Below, piece by piece: positions 12,631-26,852 of a DNA stretch of 64,000 bases; position 1 is the stretch's first letter; every line of letters starts with the position of its first letter. The position numbers were made by a program, and so were the translations under genes. The stretch spans positions 4,054,897 to 4,118,896 of the forward strand of contig NC_057719.1 of NCBI RefSeq assembly GCF_004010195.1, given 5' to 3'. Origin of the DNA: Chiloscyllium plagiosum. Its lineage: Eukaryota. The notes below the pieces were generated by a model. That model did not search any database. It was not told the DNA's origin and was given only the letters and a program-made list of their open reading frames with translations.

Positions 12631-15310
12631 GTTGGGAGCTGATCTGTTGATTCACAGAAGAAATGAAATGGGAGTCTGTTACACAGATAAGGGAGCTAGA
12701 ATTGTTATAATAATGACAGGAAGTGCTTACAATCTGAATTAAATGAAGTCTTAATTATGCTAAGTTATAGTCCATTTTTAGAGACTGGATTTCAGATTAT
12801 TTTTAAGACTTTTTTTAAAAAAAAAAGTCAGATTCTTCCTCTGGATCAGTGACCTAATACAGTGCATATTAGAGAGCAGGTGACTAAGCCCCTGGAGTGT
12901 TGATGGAAAGTTGTTAACCACATGATGGGTTATGGCAGCTAAAGGAAATGGAGGCTTTTTTTTCAGTTCAATATAATGAACAATTATGTTTTAGCTTAGA
13001 AAACCCAGCAATCAACAGTTTTTATTGCAGTTCAGGGAGACCTAACTGAGGTTAAAACTAAATCTGGTTTCTCTCCAAGAATTTTTTTTTTTTTTGTAAG
13101 ACAGTTCTGAGGTAGCCGTTTGCCCAGGAGTAAAGTCTAGTTTGTGAAAACTTCCAGACTGGGAATATTGGTTAGAAATCTTCAGATTAATATAGGTTGG
13201 GAAGGCCTTAGCCCTGATCTATGAATATCGTGTCAGACAATTCTGCAATTTATAGGAAACAAACTTGTGAAAGGTTTGATATCAGTAGTTTGGATTGAGG
13301 TGTGTTATAGAATAGTATTGAGAAACCGGTTGGAACCTTGTTTTGCTGTGTTTTAAGATCTTTCTGACTGTATTTTATATTTAAATAACTTGTTTATTTT
13401 ATTGGTGTAATAAACCTCTGCACTGTTGTTGATGGAACTCTCTAGCTTTGTGTGACTGTTTCAGTGCCTAACTGCCACATTAATTAAAAAGTATACATGA
13501 TCTTCCAAGATTGATTTTGTTCTGGGATCTGAATTGTCTGGTGGTACCATTAGCCGAGATCCTAATATGTGTAACTCTTGACTAGGATTTGAAGTAATGG
13601 AATTTAAGAGGAATCTATGTCTCTTACTAGTATTACTGATATTCTGGACATTACCTATGAGTGTTGTGAAGCAGTTTATTGCATTGATTCGGTTTTTAAC
13701 ATGTATTTGACTGTTACTAAGAATTTTCTGAGTATGGAACCCAGACCTGAGTGTTATCACTTGAAGATAAAGTAAAATGAGGAAATGGAAACCACTCAAA
13801 TATCAGAAGTGAGGAAAGTGTCCATCTGGTAGTTCATTTCATTATTGTAATGAAATATTTAGAGGCTTACACATTCCAGTGACAGGTCACTGGGATAGAA
13901 AAATGAAAACACTATTTTTCTTGCCCAAAATTACATTTAAAAGATGACTGTTTTTGTATTTATGCCATACATACCAGTTAGTATCATACCTATCAATCGA
14001 TGAAAAACGTGCTTTAATCCCAACACCAGCTTTCAAAGAACTGTTTATCAGAATCTAAATAAATTCTTGAGGAACTCCACTAAAGCAAGGAATGGGCGTT
14101 TTTTTTTACAATTTATAGATGTTTGAACAAGGTTTCCTAATACAGTGCCATTAAGAAAAATGGCTGTGACAATGGTAGTGGATAAGTTATTTCCATTTTC
14201 TTTTACAATGTATGAATTGCCCAAAGAAATGCAGTCAGATCAAGGTTCAAATTTTGTGTCATAAATATTCAGAGCACTGGAGGCCTGTGACCAGCAGTGT
14301 TTCACAGGTTTTGGTACTGGGTTTTGTTTTGCCATTTATAGAAGTGATTTGGATGAAAGCATAGGAAGCATGGTTGGTAAGTTTGCAAATGACAAAATTG
14401 GTGGTATAATGGACAGAGAAAAAGGTTATCTAAGGTTACAAAGAGATCTTGATCAATTTGGTCAATGGGCTGAGGAATGGCAGATGGAGTTTAATTTGAA
14501 TAAATGTGAGGTATTGCATTTTGGTTATACAAAAAGGACATGCCATATAATGGTAGGGCTCTGGGTAGTGTTGTACACCTAGGCCTCCTGGAGTAGTATG
14601 CACTTCTGGTTGTCCTATTATAGGAAAGCTAATATTAAGCTGGAGAGGGTTCAGAAGAGATTTACCAGGATGTTGCCAGGAATGGAAGAATTGAGTTATA
14701 AGGAGGGGCTTGATAGGCTAGCACTTGTTTCACTGGAGCGTAGGAGGTTGAGGGGTGACTTAGAGGTCTATAAAATCATGAGGGGCATAAATCAGGTGAA
14801 TGAAAAGGGCCTCTTCCCTGTAGTGGAGGAGCTTAAAAAGGACGAGTCACTACTATTTCTCTGTGGTTGTGGTATGTGGAATGAACTGCCAGAGGAAGTG
14901 GTGGATGCAGATACAGTTACAACGCTTAAAAGGCATTTGCATAAGTACATGAGTAGGAAAGATTTGGAGGGATATGGGCTAAGCGCAGGCAGATGGGACT
15001 AGTTTACTTTGGGAACATGGATAGTGTGGACTGGTTGGACCAAAGGGTCTGTTTCCGTGCTGTATGACTCGAAATGATACATCTTATCACCTATATCATC
15101 TGCTTATCAATAATCTCAGGTGGTTTTTAGAAAGATGAAATAAAACGAAACTTCATTGACCATAAGACCACAATTAGAGTTTTAGTCATGAATATACTTA
15201 TAATAATTCCCTGATTACTGTTTGCTATTAGGGATGCTCCTAATGAATACACAGGATTCAGTCCTTTTGAAGAGATATATTGCCCGAGGGTGAAAGAACT
15301 ACTTAAATTA
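12630..15310 (+). mobile_element. Decayed Gypsy-like LTR retrotransposon: putative LTR about 12630-13568, integrase remnants about 13850-14275 and 15070-15310, split by a CR1 insertion
   Basis: Hand translation gives ALIPTPAFKELF, TRFPNTVPL, LPKEMQSDQGSNF (about 14218-14255) and LLFAIRDAPNEYTGFSPFE (about 15215-15271), typical integrase core motifs; putative LTR has imperfect inverted ends and AATAAA near 13409. Confidence 0.7.
14280..15070 (+). mobile_element. CR1-like LINE 3' part
   Basis: ORFs 14349-14582 (KFANDKIGG, WAEEWQMEFN) and 14598-15002 (LERVQKRFTRMLPG). Confidence 0.9.
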
Positions 15311-15311
15311 G

Positions 15312-15540
15312 TCATGGAGTTAGACAGCATGGAAACAGCCCTTCAGTCCAACTCTTACATACCGACCAAATATCCGAGACAAATCCAGTCCCATTTGGCC
15401 CATATCCTTCTAAACCCTTCCTATTCATATACTCATCCAGATGCCTTTCAAATGTTGTAATTATACCAGCCTCCTCCACTTCCTCTGGCAGTTCATTCCA
15501 TACACACACCACCCTCTGCGTGAAAAAGTTGCCCTTTAGG
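15312..15540 (-). mobile_element. CR1-like LINE extreme 3' fragment
   Basis: WNELPEEVEEAG motif and CR1 3' tail. Confidence 0.8.
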
Positions 15541-15999
15541 AAATAGGAATTAGTAAGAAAACGATGCTGTGGAAATTAATCAGTTCAACGCTGACAAATC
15601 ATCAGGGCCTGATAATCCTATCTCCCAGAGAACTAAAGGAAGTAGCCCTGGAAATATTAGATACGTTGGCGGTCATCTTTCAAATTTCTATAGTACTGGA
15701 GTAATTCCTACACATCGAAGGGTGGCAAATGTAACCCAACTATTTTTTTAAAATGTTAAATTTTAACAGACCAATTAGCTAAATATTAGCAACGAGGGAA
15801 ATGCTAAAGTCTATCTTTAGAAAAATGGCATGGTGATACAACATTTGGAAAGCATCAGTAGGATTGGACAAAACCAGCATGCATTTATTAAAGGAAAATT
15901 GTGCTTAACTCTTGGGAGTATTTCAAATGCACACTTCACATCTACCTTCACTCAAGGAGGATGTAAGTGCAAAATTTAGGGAGAGGGGCAAAGAGCTAT

Positions 16000-17310
16000 T
16001 TGAGCAGGTTGACATAGGCAATTGAGGAGGTGTTGGAGGTTTTTGACAGGCTTTCAAATGGGCAGATTCCTGTGTCTGGATGAGCTGTATCCTGGCTGGT
16101 GTGGGTGATCAGGGAGTAAATTACAGGGGCTTAACCCAAATTTTAATTCAGCTCACAGGGGAGGTGCCAGAGTACTGGAGGACAACTAATGTGGTTCCAC
16201 TTTTTCAGGAAGGGTGTTAGGGATAAAGAAGGGAATTACAGGTCATTGAGTCTTGTAGGGAAAATATTGGAGAAGCTTCTGAAGAAGAGAATTAATCTCT
16301 ACTTCGAGAGGCAAGGTTTGATCAGCATGGCTTTGTCAGAGGGAGGTGAAGCCTAACACACTGAATTTTTTTCAGGAAATAATCAAGTCTGTAAAGGAAG
16401 TTTGTGCTATTGATGTAGTTTATATAGATTTCAGCAAAGCCTTTGATAAGGTTCCATATGGGAAACTGATAAAAGATAAAAGCTTGTGCTATCCAGGGTA
16501 AATTGGTATGATGGATTCAAAATTCACTTAGTGGCAGGAGACAGAGGATGGTGGTAAAAGGCTGTTTGAGAGTCTGGAGGCCACTGTCCAGTTGTATCCC
16601 ACAAGGATCAGTGCTGGGTCCCTTATTCTTCTTAACATAAGTACATGATGTATATAAGAGTATTGGAGAGATGTGACTAGGAAGTGATAATGAAGTTTGC
16701 AGATGATGCAAAGATTGTCTGGCTGCTTAATAGTCAGGAAGAATGTCTTGGGTTACAAGAAGGCATAGATTGGTTGGTCTGATAGGCAGATCTGTGGCAG
16801 TTGAACCCTGATAAGGATAAGGTGATTCAGTTCGGAAGAAGTAACAACATTGCTGGAATAAGCAATGAATGACAGGACCCTAGGAAGCTCAGATGTACTG
16901 GGGGTTCTTGAGCTGCTTGTCAACAGATCCCTGAAGACAGCAGGTAGGTTTAAGGTACAAAAGCAGAAATTGCTGGAAAATCTCATCAGAACTCTCAGCA
17001 TCTGTGGCGAGCAGGCAGAGGTCACGTTAATCAAGTCCAGTGACCCTCCTTCGGAACCTTTGGGCCACTGGACTCAAAAGGGGGGGGCATAGTTTAAGGA
17101 GAAAGGAAGGAGGTTCTGAGGAAAGGAATGTCACCCAAAAGGTGATGGGATCTCGAATGCACTTCCTGGGAAAGTGCTTGAAGCATGAAGCCCTTTTATA
17201 GGGCTGAGCCCTCATTCAATGTGTTGTAGTATGGGACTAGTTTGGATAGGTCAGCACAGACTCAAAGTGGCAGAAGGGCCTCTTCTGAGCTGTATGACTC
17301 TGACTCTATT
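16000..17310 (+). mobile_element. Decayed CR1-like LINE ORF2 (RT region), with a PLE terminus fragment at about 16955-17058
   Basis: gatttcagcaaagcctttgataaggttcca (DFSKAFDKVP), ccacaaggatcagtgctgggtccc (PQGSVLGP), aagtttgcagatgat (KFADD). Confidence 0.85.
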
Positions 17311-18087
17311 GTTTGATTTCATCTTTCACTAATCCACCATCTTTTTCCGTTTTGTCTGTCATTGAAATGAGTATCTCACCTTGTGCCATTCGCTTGCCTT
17401 TTCCTTGTAATTCTTCACATTGTTCCTTTTCAAATGACTGTCTTATTCCTTAATTAATTCCTTTTATGGATTGACCCTGCCCCCCCCCCCCCCCCCAAGC
17501 AAAAACACTACATCTGTGTTTCAGGCTCTCATCCCATGCTACATCAAAAAGTTTTTCCTTGTCTCTTCCAAATTTGTATTGCACCTGTGGACTTATGATC
17601 TCAATCCTTTCATGAGGGGGATTGTTTTCTCCCTATTTCGTCTGTCCCGATTTTGAATATTTCAGTCAGATCTTCTCTCAGCCATCCCTGAGAAGAATAG
17701 TTCCAGCCTCTCCAATCTATCTTAACTAAAATTCTTCATTCCTGGAATCAGTCTTGTAAAACACTGCTCTGTGAAGAAGGGTCACTGCTTCAGACGCTTC
17801 CTAAAGTGCAGGATCAGAACTGGCCAAACTACTCCAGCTGAGGCTGAATTAGTGTCTTTTCATAATTTTAACAAAAGCTCCTTGCTCTTGTGCTGTGCCA
17901 CTATTAATAAAGCCTAGGATACTTTGTACTTTATTAATTGCTCTCAATATATTTTGCCATCTTTTTAATGGCTTATGCACCAAAATCATTCCTCTTCTGT
18001 ATTCCCTTTAGAGTTGCACCATTTATTTTATATTGTCTGTCTGTTCTTCTATTAAAATGTATAACTTCACATTTCTCCACATTGAAC

Positions 18088-18390
18088 TTAGATTAGATGT
18101 TTATATTCCCTACAGTGTGGAAACAGGCCCTTCAGCTCAACAAATCCACACCGACCCTCCGAAGAGTAACCCACCCAAACCCATTTCCCTCTGACTAATG
18201 CACCTAACACTGGGTTATTTAACATGGCCAATTCACCTGACCTGTACATCTTTGGACTGTGGGAGGAAACCCATGCAGACACAGGGAGAATGTGCAAACT
18301 CCACACAGACAGTTGCCCGAGGCTGGAATTGAACCTGGGGACCCTGGTGCTGAGAGGTGCAGTGCTAACCACTGAGCTACTGTGCTGCCC
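18088..18390 (-). mobile_element. HE1/V-SINE-like tRNA-derived SINE
   Basis: Reverse complement starts gggcagcacagtagctcagtggttagcactg (A box), has gggttcaattcc (B box), V-domain-like centre and aatct tail. Confidence 0.85.
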
Positions 18391-19077
18391 CTGATCTGGC
18401 ATAAATCTGCCCACTCCACCAACTAGTCCATACTGTTCTGAAGTTTCACATCATCCTCCTTTCCAAATAAAATACTAGTAATAAAAATACCAGTGCTGAT
18501 AAATCCGACTAAAACTACAGAGTCTACGACTCCTGTTTTTTTTTTAAGGTGGGTCAAAACAAGGACTGCAGATGCTGGAAACCAGATTCTAGATTAGCTT
18601 TTGCCCGAAATGTCGATTTTCCTGCTCCTTGGATGCTGCCTGAACTGCTGTGCTTTTCCAGCACCACTCTAATCTAGAACCTGTTTTTTTAAGTCAATAG
18701 TTTGGACATCTTGCTCCTTCTTGGCTATTGCGTCCAGTGGTGGGACTTGAGCATGGACCTCTAGCCCAGAAGTGGGGAGACTACCATTGCGCCACAAAGC
18801 TTGAAATGATACTGTTGCAGGTCCACAAGTACCATTGCAGGTGATGTTTAAATGTCAGCACTGAGAGACTTGGATCGATGAACAGTAATTAGCGCCAACT
18901 CAACAAGTATTTTCACCTAATTGACAGATAACTGGTACTACCAGATTAACCCTCTGTCAAATAAAGTGATCTAACTTTCTTGACGATTTAGGTTTATGTA
19001 ACAATCTGACTCGATCACTATTTAATTTTAAAAAGGCTTCTTATGCAAAAAGAAGCCAAATTTTTAGTACATTGGAT

Positions 19078-19390
19078 CTGGGCCCACTGGGTTGACCAGC
19101 ATTTATTGTCTGTCCCTAACTGCCCAGAGGACAGTTAAGGATCCAACCAGATTGCTGTGGGTCTGGAGTCTCACATAAGAATGGCAGCCCTCCTTCCTCC
19201 AAATAACACCAGTGAGCCAGATGAAGTTTTAGAGCAGTGGTAATATTGCTGTTAGTCCAGCTTTCATTAGAGATTTTTATTGAATTCCAATTTCACCATC
19301 TACCATGGTGGGATTCGATATCATGTGCAGAGAACATTAGCTGAGAGTCTGGATTATTTGTCTAGTGACGTTACTACTACACCACTGCTT
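19078..19390 (-). mobile_element. Second tRNA-derived SINE family (possibly SacSINE1/DeuSINE-like)
   Basis: Reverse strand starts gcagtggtgtagtagt...tcgaatcccacc; related copies at about 33170-33515 (-) and 55215-55500 (+); family name uncertain. Confidence 0.6.
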
Positions 19391-20976
19391 TCCCATTTTT
19401 GTTGACGCTGCATTAATATTTTTCTTTTTAAATTCTTTTCATTATTCCAATAATCTGGTTATCAAAACCAGATTAGAATAGTTTAGATGGATTCTAAAAT
19501 TCAAGTTTTAGGATTTTTGTAATGAATGGACACCTTAAATTAAGTAATCCTAACTAGGAATGTATTTGCTATCAGTCCAAACCTTAAACACAATTCATAT
19601 CTGTCTCAGAACACGCATGAATCTTGGTGTGAGAAAATTTTGATTTTTAAGTTGATATGAAACCTTTTTCTTACATAATGAACTTTTGTTCTAAAGATCC
19701 AGGAAGGATCAAATTAGTTGCATGATGAAAATTAAACCGTAAAGCCAAGTCCTAATGAAGGATTAAACCCAAACAACAGCCTCTTATTTACTGTTTTGTA
19801 GATGTAATCACAGCTTCAGCTTTTTTTACATGAGATGTGGCCATTGCTGGAATTTGTTGCTCTAATTGCTTTTAAACTGAATGGTTTGCTAAGCCATTTT
19901 TAGAGGGCAGTTAAGAGTCAAAAGCATTGCTTCTGGTTTGGAGTGACATGAACCTTCCTGAATAAAAGTTCATTATGGAAGAAAAGGATTAATATCAATG
20001 TTTTTTCTCTTAAATATCAACATTTTCTCACTTGCCTCAAGATTCATGTGTTCTATGATAGATATAAATCGTGATACTGTTTTGGATTGAATATCAAATA
20101 CTTTCATAGATAGGATTATTTCATTCAAGTTTTCCATTCATTCCAAAAGTGCTGTTGAAGCTCGAATACTAGACCACAGATTGTGCATTTAACTCTCTAA
20201 ATGACATTAAGCGAATCAAAAAAATGATAACTTTGAGGTATTTTCCCCCAGTATGTTATTAAGACATTGAGTCACAAGTGAAATCCCATATGACTAACTT
20301 GTAGTTGCCATTACTGAAACTAGATTTGTGTTCCAGATTCAACCATTTTTCATGAAGCCAAACACCTAGAAGTTAATCTGGGCCTCTTACAATTTGAGAG
20401 GATTGATTAAAGTACCAAAGGTGTTTAACATAACTGATTAAAGGTACAGTAGAAATAAGGGCTTTTTGACTGGCGTCAGATTAAAGTGTGACTTGTTGGA
20501 GATGACATTACATTAGTTTATGGTTAGTACAATAAAGATATATCATTTGCACTGATGACTGAGATTTCAATGAATTCACACATTTCATTTAGAAAAGTTA
20601 GTTTGCATGCAGTGTGTTTAGAATTTGGACTGCATAGGTCTAAACCTGGGGACAGTGGTGATTTCAACATAAATATGCGGATTGTTCTCTAAATCATTTA
20701 ATTTGTTATTGGTTACTTGCAAAAATGCCAAGGTAGTTTCAGTTTAGTAAATACATTTACTCGTTCCACAAAACTTAACTTTAAAACAGCACCTGCTGTG
20801 GAGCTTTATAAAATGGATTCCTGAACATCTAGTTATAACCTTTAATGAGTTTAGTTAGGTCCTTGCCTATGATGGAATAATCGTATGGAATCATACAGTA
20901 GAGAAGAGGTCCTTCAGCCCATTGAGTCTGTACTGCCTACAATAGTCCCACTTTTCCACACTTATAACATGGCTCA

Positions 20977-21390
20977 CTGCCTCTATTTCTGATGAAGGGC
21001 TTTTGCCCGAAACATTGATTTTCCTACTCCTTAGATGTTGCCTGACCTGTGCTTTTCCAGCACCACTCTGATCTAAACTCTGGTTTCCAACATCTGCAGT
21101 CCTCACTTTTGCCTAGTTGATTTTAACCTTACTGTGAATCCTCTTGCAAGGATGCCTACCTTGAAGAAGTTCTCCCCCTCGATCCACAAGAATCTGAGTC
21201 GCTCTCGCTCTCGCTCTCGCTCTCGCTCACTGCAACCCCCAGGTCATCTCCTCTGCCCTGAAGCTCTTGCTCTTTCCCTATATCTCTCCACCCTGGAGGC
21301 TTCCTGCCTCTATTCCTGATGAAGGGCTTTTGCCCAAAACGTTAATTCTCCTGCTACTCGGATGCTGCCTGACCTGCTGTGCTTTTCTTC
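20977..21390 (+). mobile_element. PLE remnant with direct terminal repeats carrying two tandem hammerhead motifs
   Basis: ctgcctctattYctgatgaagggcttttgcccRaaac at about 20978 and 21304; cores at 20989 and 21316; internal (cgctct)n microsatellite at about 21200-21228. Confidence 0.75.
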
Positions 21391-21721
21391 CCTGCTCTCA
21401 GAATCTGTGCCATGACTGATTTAAAGGCAAGCATCCTGTATTCCTTCATAACTACCCTATTAATCTTCCTACCACTTTCAGGGATCTGGGGACCAGCATA
21501 CCAAGATCTCTCAGTACCTCAGATATTCCTAATGTTTTGCCATTCATAAAGTCTGGTCTTGTTCCTTCAAAAGTATATCATCTCGCATTTTCAGGATTCA
21601 CTTTCACCTGCCCAGCTGGCCAATCTATTTATATCCTCCTGTAACCTAATATCTTGCTTTGCACTGTCAACTACCTGGTCAATCTTTGTTATCCACAAAC
21701 TAACTTATAATTTCCAAACCA

Positions 21722-22037
21722 GGGCAGCACAGTGGCTCAGTGGTTAGCACTGCTGCCTCACAGCACCAGGGTCACATGTTCGATTCCAGCGCCTGTGCAA
21801 ACTCCACACAGACAGTCGCCATTCTACCCGTGTCTGCGTGGGTTTCCTCCGGGTGCTCCGGTTTCCCCTCTCAGTCCATAAGTGTGCAGGTTAGGTGGAT
21901 TGGCCATGCTAAATTGCCCGTAGTATTAGGTGCATCATTCAGAGGGAAATGGGCCTGGGTGGGTTGCTCTTTGGAGGGTCGGTGTGGATTGGTTGGGCCG
22001 AAGGACCTGTTTCCACACTAAGGAATCTAATCTAATT
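21722..22037 (+). mobile_element. HE1/V-SINE-like SINE
   Basis: gggcagcacagtggctcagtggttagcactgctgcctcacagc head; gttcgattcc B box; aatctaatctaat tail. Confidence 0.85.
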
Positions 22038-23299
22038 CTCACCTATATTATTTGAGAATTTTACAAACAATAAGGTACTTAACACTGATCCTTGTGGTAT
22101 GCCACTGTACACTGGGCTCAAGTTGCACAACAACCTTCTATCATCACCTGCTGTCTTGGGTCACTAAGTTGATTTTGCATCCAACTTGCAAGTTACCCTG
22201 GATCCTGTGAAATTTTGTCTCCTTTATCAGTTTCCCATGTGGGATCTTGTCAAAGGCTTTGCTGGAAATCTATACAAACTTCAATTCCTTTACCCTTATT
22301 CAAGCACTTGGTCATATCCTCAAAAAAAATCCACCTCGTTTGTTAGGCATGATCTCCCTCTGGCAAAGCCACTCTGACTATCCCTGATTAAATCTTATCT
22401 CTGAATGTAGATTAATTTTGCCTTTTGCTGATTTTTTTTTTACAATAGTTTCCCTACTATTGATGTTAGACTCGCTCGTCTATAGTTTCCTAATCTAACT
22501 CTCTCACCCTTCTCTTAAAGTTAGCTGACCACCAGTTCTCTGACACTTCCCAATGTTAGGTTCTTTTTCCTGAGATTCTTGCACACTTCGTGCAACTGCA
22601 ACATGCCAACTTCTGTGAACAACAACCAAATTTTATTAAGCACAGTACAGTGCAAGCTTACTGGAAGAACTTTTAACACACACCTGGCAGGGCTTACAGA
22701 GTTGTGGCAAAAGCTCTGTCTGAACAAAGGCAACAGTTATTCCTTTATACAAAATCTTTACATCACAGTTAGTAATGCCCACAAGACAACCCACAGCCTT
22801 CCCCCACAGTCACATGCTACTCAAGGCACACTGCAGTGATCACCTCATCTCCTGAAACAATGTAATGTAAATCATCCCTTAATGGCCAGATCTGGTGTGA
22901 ATTGTATTTTTTTAAAACTACAGGGAGTAGTTAAATTCCAAGTGTAATGTTATTATTGATTTCTGAATATGGGATGAAAATGGAAATAGGCTTTTGAATG
23001 GCAAGGAAATGGTCATGTAAATAGCTTTGGATAATAGGAGATGATAATGTAATTTCTTACAATTTTATCTGTAAGCCAGAGGCATCCCACCCTAGCCTCG
23101 GGACATCCAATTTTCTGCAGGTCAGCAGGGCAAGTTAACTCTTTTAATATCATGCCTTTAATATCAAAATTTGTGTCAGGGCCCCTGTAATTTCCTTCCT
23201 CACCTATTGATTAAGTAAATTTTAACCTAGTAACGGGATTCTTAAGAAGTTGGCTAATTGACCATTCTTCAAAATAGTGATCAAAAGATGGAAGTTTTT

Positions 23300-24720
23300 T
23301 TTTTATTTTAAATTGTTCATGGGATGGGTTTCACTGGTTGGGCCAGCATTTATTGCCTATTCCTAGTTGCACCGTTGTGCACTGAAGTCTATTTGGTGCA
23401 AGTACGCCCAGTTCTGTTAGAGAGGGAGATTCAGATTTTAACTGTGTTAATATATTTCCATGTCAGGCTGGTGAATGGTTTGGAGGGGAACTTGCATATG
23501 GTGGTTTTTCCAAGTATCTTTTACCCTTGTTTTTCTAAATGGTAGTTGTTGTAGGTTTGGAAGGTGCTGTTTATGCCTTGCTGCATTTCTTTAGTTCACT
23601 TTGTAGAGAGTGAACACTGCAGTTACTGAACATCAATGGTGGAGGGAATGAATATGACCCCAAACAAGCAGGCTGTTTTGTACTGGGTGATAGTCATAGA
23701 GATGTACAGCATGGAAACAGACCCTTCGGTCCAACTCGTCCATGCTAACCAGATATCCCAACCTAATCTATTCCCACATTCAAGCACCTGGCCCATATCC
23801 CTCCAAACTCTTCGTATTCATATACCTGTCCAGATGCCTTTTTAAATGTTGCAGTTGTACCAGCCTCCTCCACTTCCTCTGGCAGTTCATTCTACACATG
23901 CACTACCCACTGAATGAAAAGGTTGCCCCTTAGGTCTCTGTTATATCTTCCCCCCCCCCCCCCCCCCCCCCACACTAAACCTATGCCCTCTAGTTCTGGT
24001 CTCCCCCACTCCAGGGAAAAGACTTTGTCTATTTATCCTATCCATGCCCCTCATGATTTTATACAACTCTCTAAGGTTACCCCTCAGCCTCTGATGCTCC
24101 AGGGAAAACAGCCGCAGCCTATTCAACCTCTCCCTATGGCTCAAATCCTCCAACTCTGGCAACATTTTTGTAAATCTTTTCTAAACCCTTTCAAGTTTTA
24201 TAACACCCTTCCGATAGGAAGGAGATCAGAATTGCATGCAACAGTGGCCTAACCAATGTACTGTACAGCCGCAACATGACCTCCCAACTCCTGTACACAA
24301 TCTGACCAAGGAAAGCATACCAAACACTGCCTTCTCTATCCTGTCTGAGATTTTTGAGTGACTCTCATCCAGGCAAGTGGGGAGTATTCCATCACACTCC
24401 TGACTTGTGCTTTATAGTTGGGTGAGTGAGGAGGCAAGGTGCTGTCTGCAGAATTTCTATCCGCTGCCCTGCACTTGTAACATTTATTTATGTGACTAGT
24501 CTAGTTCAGTTCAGTTCAGTTTCTATTTAAGGCAACCCTTGGGATTTTGATATTGGAACCATCAGTGATTCTATTATCATTGATGTCAAGGGCCAGATTC
24601 TCTCTTTGTTAGCAATGGTATTGGCTGGCACTTTTGTGTTGTCAATGTTACTTGCCACTTGTTAGCCAAAGCCAGGATATTATCTAGGTATTGCTCAGAT
24701 CTGGGCTAACAAGTTATCTA
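23300..24720 (-). mobile_element. Decayed L2/CR1-clade LINE of a second family, with a nested CR1 3' end at about 23690-24345
   Basis: 3' tail shared with the copy at 32845-33130; nested ORF 23941-24165 (LFSLEHQRLRGNLRELYKIMRG). Confidence 0.65.
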
Positions 24721-25259
24721 TGGTATACTGCTGTTGTTTTTAACTGAACTGTTCCACTGGGGCTTTGGTTTGAGTAATAATGAATGGAAGCCCATCTATG
24801 TTGTTATTGATAATCTTCCTCCCAATCCTACACTACTATTATGTTGAGGGAAAGTAACAATAAATGGTTCAAGAGTTGTCCTGTGTCTATGGAGTATGAT
24901 CCAAGGACTATAGGAAGAAAAAGGATCTAATAACTTTGGTTTTGCAGCAGAGGTTAAAAGTTTGGATGTTGAGTAAGTCTGAGATTTAGATGGTTGTGAT
25001 TCCCATCTTATGCACTCAATCTCTAAAGAATGATGGTGGTGGCTTAGCCAAAATATTGGTTATTTAATCAGGTTTGTGGAATCATGCTCTAGCAAGGTTT
25101 AGCACTTGGAGATGGGAAATAATTGGGGTCAAATAAAATAGTACTTCTCAATTTTGAACTTTGTTTTTAGTGGCCTGGAAATGCAAGGAGTTTACATTTT
25201 GACAATGGAGCTCAATTCTTTGTGTTGGTTATACCTCAGGATTTGCTGGAACATTTGAA

Positions 25260-26030
<771 letters not shown>

Positions 26031-26852
26031 GTTGACAGCCCCAATTACAGCTATCTAATATAATATTGTTTGTCGTCATCGGCAATCACTCACTAACAAG
26101 TTTGACTGTCAACCTAGGAAGCGCTGGGTCACTGTACATGGATTCTGTGGTTTCTTGCGTGGCTAATGAGCCCAAACCTGGAGCCACATCTCCCACCACA
26201 CGTTTGGCAGATGTTTCCATGAATTGGGAATTGTCTCTGCCCTCGAGATTGCTGGTAGTACTGATTAACTATAAAAAGGAACAGTTTTTAAATGCACTGT
26301 ACAAGACAAAATGACTTTTTAAAATATTCAAGCTTATCCACAGGAATGTGCTATTTTAAAGCCAAGTTATTCCCTGTTTTGGGATTCTAGGTATGACTCT
26401 TGCTTGAAGAGCAGTATGCCAGTGTCAGATTTGTGGCAGTTCCTTATTCTTTTCGATTGCCATGATTTATATTTAATGTTACTTGTTTATTTTGGGGCAT
26501 TGGTACTCTTATACAATTGGCAAAATGGAAATTGTAGTGTGTGCTGACCTACACCATTTTTTCCTCCATCATCACCAGTGTTGACCCTGAACTGGGCAGG
26601 AAAGTTCAGTCTAGGCTCTAGCTTCTGGCTCAGCATCTAGTGGCCCCTGCTGGAAAGTTTATCTGTCTGAGCATAATTTTAAAAATTTGGCTCAGCTGTC
26701 AAGCTCGCTATGATTAAAAAGCCACTGTAATAGCTGTCAAATTTGTGCAATTAATGCCACTCAGTCTGTATATATTTTTTTCAACTATAGGAAAGGATAG
26801 AAGGAAAATAGTCAATGTTTTATTGGTTTTTAAAAAACATTTTTATTTGCAG

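Noticed and set aside
21134..21319. ORF with an SRSRSRSRS tract as an SR protein
   Set aside because: The tract is a (cgctct)n microsatellite inside a PLE remnant
1..25239. DICER1 promoter or CpG island and first exon
   Set aside because: No CpG-dense stretch is visible; the start is probably upstream of the window, though this cannot be shown from sequence alone
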